A DNA stretch of 64,000 nt from Chlorokybus atmophyticus (taxonomy: Eukaryota > Plantae > Mesostigma and Chlorokybus algae), in contig RHPI01002699.1 in NCBI GenBank assembly GCA_009103225.1, positions 382,636 to 446,635 of the forward strand. The letters are read 5' to 3'. Shown here piece by piece: positions 56,101 through 64,000 of this stretch. A program made the translations under genes and the position numbers. The stretch's first letter is position 1, and each line of letters opens with the position of its first letter. The notes under the pieces are model-generated. The model made no database searches, was not told the DNA's origin, and worked only from the letters and a program-made list of their open reading frames with translations.

Positions 56101-58006
56101 ACACTTGGTCACTGGAGCAGTTACCGCAAGGAGTGAAGACCATTCCAGTGAAATGGGTCTTCAAGGTGAAGCGTGATGGTCAGGGCAACATTGAGCGCTA
56201 CAAGGCAAGACTGGTGGCAAAGGGCTTCTTGCAGCAGGAAGGTGTGGACTTCAACGAAGTGTTTGCACCTGCAAGTAAGCATACCACCTTCCGTGCACTG
56301 CTAGCTATGGTTGCTGCTGAAGACCTAGAGCTGCATCACCTGGATGTGAAGACTGCCTTCCTCTACGGAGAGCTGGAGGAGGAGATCTTCATCGAGCAAC
56401 CACCTGGATATGAAGAAGGGGAGAGAGGCACAGCGTGCAAGCTGATCAAGGCACTGTACGGGCTGCGACAGGCACCGCGTATGTGGCACATCAAGCTCAC
56501 CAAGGAGCTGGAGGCACTTGGCTTCACCGCATCCTCTGCAGACCCTGGGCTCTTCATCCATGCAGACAACAAGGTCTGGCTGCTCGTGTATGTTGATGAT
56601 ATCATCATCACCGCCAGGCAGGTGCACCACCTGCAGGAGACGAAACTTGCTCTACAGCAAGCATTCTCAGTTCGTGATCTTGGAGAGGCCAAGTGGTTCC
56701 TTGGCATGGTGATTGAGCGCGACAGGGCGGCTCGCACAATCAAGATCAGTCAGGAGCAGATGGTGAGAAGACTCGTCACCAAGTTTGGGCTCACTGAAGC
56801 GAAGACCAAGACCACACCGTTGGCACTTGGCACTGCCCTCATCAAGGCAAAGGATGAGGAGGTACTCGACAAGGCTCAGTATCCATATGGTGAGCTGGTA
56901 GGCAGCATGCTCTATCTGGCAGTGTGCACACGTCCCGATGTTGCACATGCTGTGGGAGTACTTGCTCGCTACATGTCTGCACCGAGCATGGAGCACTGGA
57001 GAGCAGCAAAGGGAGTACTACGCTATGTTGCTGGGAGCGCAACAGTTGGCATCAAGTTTGGGAGCGGGAGCACTGAGTTGGAGGGCTACTGCGACTCGGA
57101 CTTTGCTGGTGACCTCAACAGCAGGAGGTCCACTACAGGCTACGTCTTCAAGCTGAACGGAGGCGTGGTGAGCTGGAACAGCAGGCTGCAGCCAACAACA
57201 GCAGCATCTACATCAGAGGCTGAGTACATGGCAGCGGCAGCAGCAGTGAAGGAGGCACTCTGGCTTCGCAAGCTCATGGCAGACTTGGAGCACCCCATGG
57301 CGTGCATCGTCATCAACTGTGACAACCAAGGAGCCATCAAGTTGTTGAAGCACCCTATCGCCTCGGCAAGGACGAAGCACATTGATGTCATGCATCACTT
57401 TGTGCGTGACAGAGTCACAAGGAAGGAGGTGGAGTTCCAGTACTGCAACACCGAGGGCATGCTGGCGGACTTCATGACAAAGCCATTGTCACCACTCAAG
57501 TTCAAGACTTGTTGTGCAGGACTTGGCATCTGTGTTTGACTACAGGAGCAAGCGTTGGAGGTCAAGCTGCTCGCGTGGGAGTGTTGAGAGTCATTCCTAC
57601 ATACGATCAGCATCGACCCTCCACACAGGAGTAGAAGGTCGTAAGGACGAGCACTAGGTCCGGACTTAGCAAGATGGCATCGTCGGACCAGACTCCGGAC
57701 TCCAGACTGGAGCCTCACTAACTGCTTCGTATCTCCGCGTATACTTACTCATATCAGACGTGTAAGAGCTTGTTGGAAAGCTCTGGTTGTAAGAAAGACA
57801 ACGCAGCTTAGAGCGCGTCAAAAGGCTGAGTATAGCTTACGCAGTGCTTGCAAACGTAGACGTGTGTGTAACTGGCTGGTATAAGAACCAGCGGACAACT
57901 TGTAATAGATGAATGTGATGTGACCTGTGTATGCTCTGGTGGCGGTAGCTCTGTCTCTGTGTGTCTATGCTTGCCTCAGCTACATGTGCATGCTAGTCCT
58001 TCAACA
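53101..58006 (+). mobile_element. young full-length Ty1/copia retrotransposon
   Basis: LTRs 53101-53524 and 57582-58006 differ by 2 substitutions and 1 indel. TSD TACAC (53096-53100 and 58007-58011). PBS GGTTATGGGCCC, short PPT ..GTGGGAG. Confidence 0.97.
53652..57539 (+). CDS. Copia Gag-Pol polyprotein with one in-frame TGA (55032-55034)
   Basis: Zinc knuckle CHWCGWKGHIVKDC, protease WVVDSGC, LWHRRFGH, INT (VHMDVCGP, RSDRGGEY, NGAAERLNRTL), RT (YKARLVAKG, YVDD), RH (YCDSDFAG), in the order PR-INT-RT-RH. The two listed ORFs share a frame. Confidence 0.95.
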
Positions 58007-58390
58007 TACACACCATGCGGCACAAACATGTGCGCTAAGTACGGCACTTTGTGGGTGAAGACGGTGCACTTGACGGGGTGCACAGTCATCCCCACTCCCT
58101 TGAGTTGCTCCAGCACCGCTTCGATGCGCTAAAGGTGTTCTTCGTTGTTATGGCTGAAGATGAGGATATCTTCGATGTAGCATCGCGCGAAGTCCAACCT
58201 CTTCAAGGCTTTGTCCATAACGCGCTGAAACTTGGCGGGGGCATTCTTCAGCCCAAACGGCATCACCTTCCATTGGTACAACTATAGGTTGCCCCAGAAG
58301 CAGGTCTTGTGCTTGTCTTCGTCCTTCCTGGCGATCTGGTTGTACCCTTGGCGCATGTCAAGGAGGTCGAAGACTGTGCACTCTCCTACA

Positions 58391-61300
58391 TGTCATGCCA
58401 TCTACCCTCGCATGCCAGTTCTTCTCAAGCATGTCTACACCCAGCCCCACGCCCGGGCTACCAGCATGAAGACCGCGCGAGCCCCAGCCTACTGCTAGCT
58501 ATTGTATCACTCGTGTAGCATGTAGCTAGGGCTACTTTATAGACCTGTCTGTAGGGACCGCGCGTAGCTGATCAGTTGCAAGTCTGTTAAGAACACATGT
58601 GCTATATCAAGTCTTAGGAGATTTCCGAAATAGCATGAGGCCTCGATGTGACCGTTGGCCTAGTGCCCGCGTGGCACTGCACAGCCATGATTTGACATGT
58701 ATAAGTAGGAAGTCACGTCACCAGACTGGCTGGTGACACTGTAAGTGAGTACTGTGAGTACTGTGAGTACTAGGAGTACTAAGAAGTAAAGACTCTGTTT
58801 CTAAAGAGCTTGTGAAGCGACTTGAACTGGAAGCACGCTGCCCCGGTTGCCAAGAATTCCCTTACTGCGTGAGACACGGTGCATGCTCTTGTGCGCTGTG
58901 CCTGCCATTGCTGTGAGCTTGACGGTGGTGTGTTGTTTCAGTAGTCAGGGTGTTGTATCCACGTGTTGCACACTCATTCACCTCACTTAACAGTGTATCA
59001 TTCTATCCACTCATGCAAAGAACTGTGTCCACAGCACTACCTATCGTAGTGGCTTGTTGACTTACAGTGTCACCCTCTTTGCACAAGTGAGTGTGGTGCA
59101 ATCTGCAATCAGATAGTTCAGGCTGCACCCAGGGATACATCGCTGGGCATTCGTTATCATTGTCATCACATAGTGCGCACAAGCACTAGTGTGTTGGGTG
59201 GTAACAGCATCAGGATAGACGGTAGAGCACAAGCACTCTACCCTTTCACCTCTGGACCAGCTGTATGAGCAGGCCCACCCCGTTCTCCCCAATAGACGAG
59301 GGTGACCTCAGCAGTTGGAGCCCAACCACCAATCTCACCTACGAGCGGACCAGTGACGGAAGCATCGACCGCAGCAGCAGAGGCTCGCGCTCCATCTCCA
59401 GCTTCACCCCGCTCCACTCTACTCCTCGTCATCCAGCTTCTCCACTATCATCGGACAGCGACGACAACGAGATGGAATCTTCCAGTTCAACCACATCCCT
59501 GCGCTTCTCCGGACGTGCCGGCACCACCTCGCTGGATGAGTTCATCATCAAGTTCCACTCCAAGATGCGGCAGCAAGCACTGAAGAACAAAGACTGGTCA
59601 GATGAGATCTCTTTCCACATTGCTGCTCAGTATCTTGATCATGAAGCACACGATGTCTGGAAGTCCGTTGCTGAACTGCATCGAGTAGACGGCTATGGCG
59701 AGCTTGCCAGCACCATAGCATCTGCATCCCTGCACCGTCCAGCAGGTGTCATTCCACCTGCCACTTCAGTTGCAGTAACAGGCTTGACCATAGCTGCCGC
59801 TCTCAAGCAGGCAGAGGAGGAGGAACCAGAGTTAGTACTTGTCAACTTGACCCCTGCAGAAGTTGAGTCCAAGGAGGCCACACGTCGAGGCCGCATCCTT
59901 GACCGTTCTGCCAGCATCATTGAGGAACAAAGAGCTGTACAGCAAGCGGCAGCCGCAGAGTGGGGTACTCCTCTACCTCCAGCAACACCTGGCTCTCGTG
60001 CAGGAGGCAGCGCTTTCACCCTCGGGTCAGTAGCACTGCGCGCACCAGCCATCACCGTAGGTGCTGCCATCTCTGATTCTCCACTCAAGGACCTGTACGC
60101 TGCCCTGCGCCGTACCTTCCCTCCTCAGACCACCAGCAAGGTTGAGGAGCTGAGACGCTTCCGACGCAAGCCCAATGAGGATCCCCTCCGCTTATACTCC
60201 AGACTGGAAGGTCTGCTGAAAGACACTGACTACAAGATTGTCAGTGAGGAGGCTGCTGTAGTAATATACGTCAATGAGTTGGATGCTGCTCTGAGCGAGT
60301 CGACACGCCTGACTCTGAACTACAGCAGGCCCCTTGGCTACACCCTCAAAGAAGCCTTCGAGACTGCACAAGCCATCCACAAGCGTTTGGTGTATGAGAA
60401 GGCAGTGCTGGACACCAACCGCAGCGCCGCACGGCCTGTAGTCAGCACGACAACTGAGCCTCCTCGCCGCGACCGTGGCCGGGACGCTCCACCAGCACGC
60501 GACAAAGGGAAACGGTCAGCTCATGCTGCACTTGCTGCCCCTGTGCTGTGTCATCGCTGTGGACGGCATGGGCACTACCAAAAGGAGTGCACCGAAGAAT
60601 ACTCAACTTTGGTTTGCGACCACTGTCACAAGACTGGTCATTTGGAGTCAGTCTGCTGGCTCAAGTTCCCAGAGTTGAGGCCCGCCAACAGCTACAACCA
60701 CAACTACTCCGGTGGCTACAACAGCAACAACACTGGAGGCCACACTGGCAACAACTTCAGTGGCTACAACAGCAACAACACTGGGGGCCACACTGGCAAC
60801 CACTTCAGTGGCTACAATAGCAACAACACTGGAGCCCACAACAGCAACAACGCTGGTGGCAGCAACAACAACAACAACGCCAGTGTTCGCAAGGAAGAGC
60901 AAGGCTACAGGGGGAAGAACAGACCTCCTCAGCGTAAGGGACCAGAGACACGTCCGCGCGCTGCTGCTGTTGCCGCCAAGGCTTCAGCCAACCCACCAGC
61001 TGATGACCATATGGCAGCCCTAATGGCACGCATGGCACGCTTGGAGGAAGACAAGGAGCAGGACTACCGCGCCTGCTACACGGCCCGATGGGCGCTGATG
61101 GCTGCAAAACGCGAGAGAGACAGGAACACTCCGTCCCGCGTGCAACCATCACGACGAGCACGAGGGGAAGCTGCAACAACATCAGCAGGCACCTCCTCCG
61201 AAGCCACCAGTGGTGCTGCCTCCGCAGCAACAGCCACACCGGCTACAACGTCGACTCCACCAACGTCAGCAGCACCCACTCCAGTTGCACCACAACCTGG

Positions 61301-64000
61301 TACACCGATGGGCACCGTGACGCCGACGCTGGTGAGCACACTGGCAGCAGCCGCCATCACTACCGAATCTGCACCAGTGGGCGGTGCACTTCCCACTGCA
61401 GCAGCGCCTCTGTCCGGAGGCGTTGAGACAACTCTCGCACCACTGACCGATACCGTCGCAACTGCCACAATGGCCATCGTCGAGCCCGCTGTCTCTGCAG
61501 CGACGCGCGCAGCCACTCTGCCCGCTCTCGACGTCACTCAGGCTGTCCCAACTGGTCAGCAAGCTGAACGAGCATGGGAAACCATCCTGCGCGGAGCAGA
61601 CCCCACTACCATCGCCTTCGGTCGGGGGGGGGAGCGCACCACGCGTGTCGCCCGCGATGATCGCGTCTTCCCGCTACCAGAGGTTCACACCCTTCCAGCA
61701 CTCACTCAACACCAGTTAGAAGATGAGATCCTTGCTGGCACTGCACCTCCGATGCGTGACAGGGTGTTTTTGATCAGCTACAGCCCACCTGTAGTGTTGG
61801 AGTTGGCTCTGCAGCTGTTCTGGGCGTTGCACAACAACATGCAGACCGCCCCGCGCCAGCCTGCACGCATGCCAACCACCACCTTTGAACCCAGCCCGTT
61901 GGACACGTATCGGGACCGCCGAGACGCCATCCAGCAGCGAATCGCCGACGCAGCCGACCTGCCTTTGGGCACTGATGAAGCACTCGGACCTCCTACAACC
62001 GCTCGTCTTCATCAGCGCTACCACGCACTGGAACAAGCATATCATTGGCGACAGGATCAAGCTGCCGCCATTGCTGCACGTGAACAAGCTCTTGAAGCTA
62101 CACGTGCACCAATACCTCAGTCACCAACTGCTGGTCCATCCTCCAGCACCACTCCGCTCTTCGTCGAGACCAACTCTGACCAAGCGAGGGCGTTGGCTCA
62201 ACAAACCAGGGGGGTGATCGCCCCGTTGCTGCCTGCGCTGGTGGAGGATCTACCTGAGGACCAAAGGGAGCCAGGGAGGGGCTACCTTACACCACAAGGG
62301 TGTACACAAAGAGATGGAGCAGGACTGGTTGGAGAGCAACAACTACGCACTGCTCTGTTGCGACAAGCAACCATGCTGCATCGGCAAGAAGGCATCGGAC
62401 TTCGGCAGATGCTTGGGATGCGAGACAATGGCAACGCGGCACGCGCACGGTTAGTGACGTGGCTGGTCACCAACCATCCCGCAGTCCCGTTGTTCGCTTT
62501 CGGCGCCAGAATAGCGTGGGTGGACGCATTCCTTCGCTCCATACGGCAAGCCTATGATGAAGTGGCTTCCGCCGCCACTGACACTCTGGAGGGAGCTCTG
62601 GAGGCGATACTGAGTTTGCCAGGGGTGGAGGCAGGACGTCAGCGCAGGCGCATCGCCACTGCTTACGAGCAGCATGTCCAACAGCCAGAGACCCGGCTCA
62701 CTGTACGCACACGAGCAATAACAGTGCTGGAAGTGGGAGTGGTCAACGGCAGATGGGATGCTTACATGGCAGGGATCCTCAGGGTGCCCACCATCACCCA
62801 CGACATGAGAGCGCGGCTCCTACGCGCAGTGTACCTGCAGCCCATGCCTCAGAACCATCGCTATATAGACGTGGACAACAATGCGACGGCGACATGGGAA
62901 GGTACACTAGTCAGAGAGGCAGCCCATGCTGTGCGATGGACCTATGCAGAGGAGCAGGCTGCACGAGAGGCAGTCCCGCAAACACCAGGTCCTCCAGGGT
63001 TCCCGCCACAGCCACTGGCCACTCCTCCTGGCATGACAACAGCTGCACAGAGGGTCAACCCTCCTGCACCTCCACTTGGACAGGTTGCAGCAGCACCTCC
63101 AGTGCCTAGGCCACCGCGCGTGTACCAGCAACCGCGACAAGGACGGTTTGGACAAAGCCGAGGACAAGGAGGCCCACAAGATCCATCAGGCAGAGGAGCC
63201 CTGGCTGCCCTACGGTCAGGCCCCGCAGATGAGAATAAAGCAACAGTCTCTCCACGCAAGAGGTTCCGTCGCTTCAAGAGGCTGCGCATCAACGCCAATG
63301 CAGCCATGATCGCCAACCAAGGCAAGCACGTGACCGTCAATGGGCGGGCACCCAAACGCGTGATGCTGGACACTGGAGCACAGCCTGTCATCATTGGGCG
63401 CTACCTCGCACGAGATCTCGGCATCACCAGCGCTGAGCTGCTTCCCTGTCCCTATCAGCTGGACACCGCAACCGGCAACCGTGACAAGGTACTCGGCCTT
63501 ACCAAGCAGGCTGTGAGCATCCGCCTCACCGGACTAAACCCTTCCCACAGCACCGAGATTGTACAAAGGTGTGTGGTCACCGATGCCGGGTCCTTTGACC
63601 TACTGTTGGGACAGGACTGCAACTTCCCTGTCGGCATGGGGCTGGACTGCTGGACTGAGCAGGCATGGTTTCGACCACATTGGGATGAGGACGATGGAGA
63701 GGAGCAGGGATTCCTACCTCTCGAACTGGTGGCCAAGGACCACTCTCAACGAAGATCGGCTGCAGCAGCCACCTACAGTCTTACAAAAAGCTCACGTGTG
63801 CCTCGTGCCCGAACGCAGCCGAGGACAATTGCAACGAGCTCGAGTCCGAGCCTAAACGCTGAAGAGGACTCCCCTACACCGTACGATGAGTCTCAGGAGA
63901 CTGTCACCAAAGAATTGGCCTTTCAGGAGCCATCCGAGCGTCGCTGGAGCGCACAAGTAGCAGCACACATGCTGCTGACCAGGCCTCAGCTCACTGCACA
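58391..64000 (+). mobile_element. intact Ty3/gypsy-like LTR retrotransposon, 5' part, running off the window
   Basis: Starts TGTCATG exactly where the host RT frame breaks. An LTR-like ~0.8 kb region is followed by a long Gag/protease ORF. The LTR end (59170 or 59206) cannot be fixed without the 3' LTR. Confidence 0.8.
59265..64000 (+). CDS. Gag-(large insertion)-protease polyprotein, at least 1,578 codons, no stop in window
   Basis: Translated by hand from ATG 59265 and open to the window end. Gag-like helices (VEELRRFRRKPNEDPLRLYSRL), two CCHC knuckles (CHRCGRHGHYQKEC, CDHCHKTGHLESVC, 60549-60656) and aspartic protease VMLDTGAQ (63360-63383)..DLLLG. Confidence 0.88.
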   Translation, partial: MSRPTPFSPIDEGDLSSWSPTTNLTYERTSDGSIDRSSRGSRSISSFTPLHSTPRHPASPLSSDSDDNEMESSSSTTSLRFSGRAGTTSLDEFIIKFHSKMRQQALKNKDWSDEISFHIAAQYLDHEAHDVWKSVAELHRVDGYGELASTIASASLHRPAGVIPPATSVAVTGLTIAAALKQAEEEEPELVLVNLTPAEVESKEATRRGRILDRSASIIEEQRAVQQAAAAEWGTPLPPATPGSRAGGSAFTLGSVALRAPAITVGAAISDSPLKDLYAALRRTFPPQTTSKVEELRRFRRKPNEDPLRLYSRLEGLLKDTDYKIVSEEAAVVIYVNELDAALSESTRLTLNYSRPLGYTLKEAFETAQAIHKRLVYEKAVLDTNRSAARPVVSTTTEPPRRDRGRDAPPARDKGKRSAHAALAAPVLCHRCGRHGHYQKECTEEYSTLVCDHCHKTGHLESVCWLKFPELRPANSYNHNYSGGYNSNNTGGHTGNNFSGYNSNNTGGHTGNHFSGYNSNNTGAHNSNNAGGSNNNNNASVRKEEQGYRGKNRPPQRKGPETRPRAAAVAAKASANPPADDHMAALMARMARLEEDKEQDYRACYTARWALMAAKRERDRNTPSRVQPSRRARGEAATTSAGTSSEATSGAASAATATPATTSTPPTSAAPTPVAPQPGTPMGTVTPTLVSTLAAAAITTESAPVGGALPTAAAPLSGGVETTLAPLTDTVATATMAIVEPAVSAATRAATLPALDVTQAVPTGQQAERAWETILRGADPTTIAFGRGGERTTRVARDDRVFPLPEVHTLPALTQHQLEDEILAGTAPPMRDRVFLISYSPPVVLELALQLFWALHNNMQTAPRQPARMPTTTFEPSPLDTYRDRRDAIQQRIADAADLPLGTDEALGPPTTARLHQRYHALEQAYHWRQDQAAAIAAREQALEATRAPIPQSPTAGPSSSTTPLFVETNSDQARALAQQTRGVIAPLLPALVEDLPEDQREPGRGYLTPQGCTQRDGAGLVGEQQLRTALLRQATMLHRQEGIGLRQMLGMRDNGNAARARLVTWLVTNHPAVPLFAFGARIAWVDAFLRSIRQAYDEVASAATDTLEGALEAILSLPGVEAGRQRRRIATAYEQHVQQPETRLTVRTRAITVLEVGVVNGRWDAYMAGILRVPTITHDMRARLLRAVYLQPMPQNHRYIDVDNNATATWEGTLVREAAHAVRWTYAEEQAAREAVPQTPGPPGFPPQPLATPPGMTTAAQRVNPPAPPLGQVAAAPPVPRPPRVYQQPRQGRFGQSRGQGGPQDPSGRGALAALRSGPADENKATVSPRKRFRRFKRLRINANAAMIANQGKHVTVNGRAPKRVMLDTGAQPVIIGRYLARDLGITSAELLPCPYQLDTATGNRDKVLGLTKQAVSIRLTGLNPSHSTEIVQRCVVTDAGSFDLLLGQDCNFPVGMGLDCWTEQAWFRPHWDEDDGEEQGFLPLELVAKDHSQRRSAAAATYSLTKSSRVPRARTQPRTIATSSSPSLNAEEDSPTPYDESQETVTKELAFQEPSERRWSAQVAAHMLLTRPQLTA

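Larger units (their letters stand above)
43223..58390 (-). mobile_element. degenerate Ty3/gypsy host retrotransposon (RT-RH-INT-PHD), interrupted by nested insertions
   Basis: RT 58390-58007 ([18 protein letters not shown]), continued in 53100-52920 (LRAFLGLANYYRR). RNase H 46380-45900 (AFEELKSRLTTAPIL, VSYASRS, ITDHQPL). Integrase ~44900-43950 (YILVIIEHFSK, ADGL, SPYHLLFGR). PHD ~43880-43760. Many stops and frameshifts. Confidence 0.88.

Noticed and set aside
60700-60850. 48 bp repeats as a CRISPR-like array
   Set aside because: Contiguous in-frame coding repeats without unique spacers, in a eukaryotic retroelement with no cas genes.
61076-63855. Listed short ORFs in other frames of the terminal element
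   Set aside because: Shadows of the single long plus-strand frame starting at 59265.

Overview
Eukaryotic nuclear DNA. Gene content, GT-AG introns, telo-boxes and TE types point to a green alga or early-diverging streptophyte (inference). The left ~35 kb is gene-dense and intron-rich: a BTB-BACK-WD40 protein (-), an intron-containing hAT/ZNF862-like transposase-derived gene with a TTF zinc finger and two AT-hooks (-), Sec23 (+), an orphan F-box-like gene (+), an SDG40/SETD4-like SET methyltransferase (-), a small Cys-rich At5g64816-like protein (-), USP39/SAD1 (-) and a folate-biopterin (BT1) transporter with a GC-AG intron (+). A pure (CT)286 tract and a ~3.5 kb block of cryptic diverged repeats follow. 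The right ~21 kb is a nested LTR-retrotransposon island. One degenerate minus-strand Ty3/gypsy host, whose integrase ends in a PHD finger, is split by four insertions: a Copia-family solo LTR (TSD GCGGC), a decayed chromovirus (TSD CCTTC, LTR made of hairpins), a young Ty1/copia (TSD TACAC, 3 LTR differences, one UGA at an integrase zinc-ligand Cys), and an intact Ty3-like element. The last has a >1,570-codon ORF absent from the supplied ORF track, with ~900 aa of unexplained sequence between Gag and protease. Exon boundaries and domain calls were read by eye without database searches.
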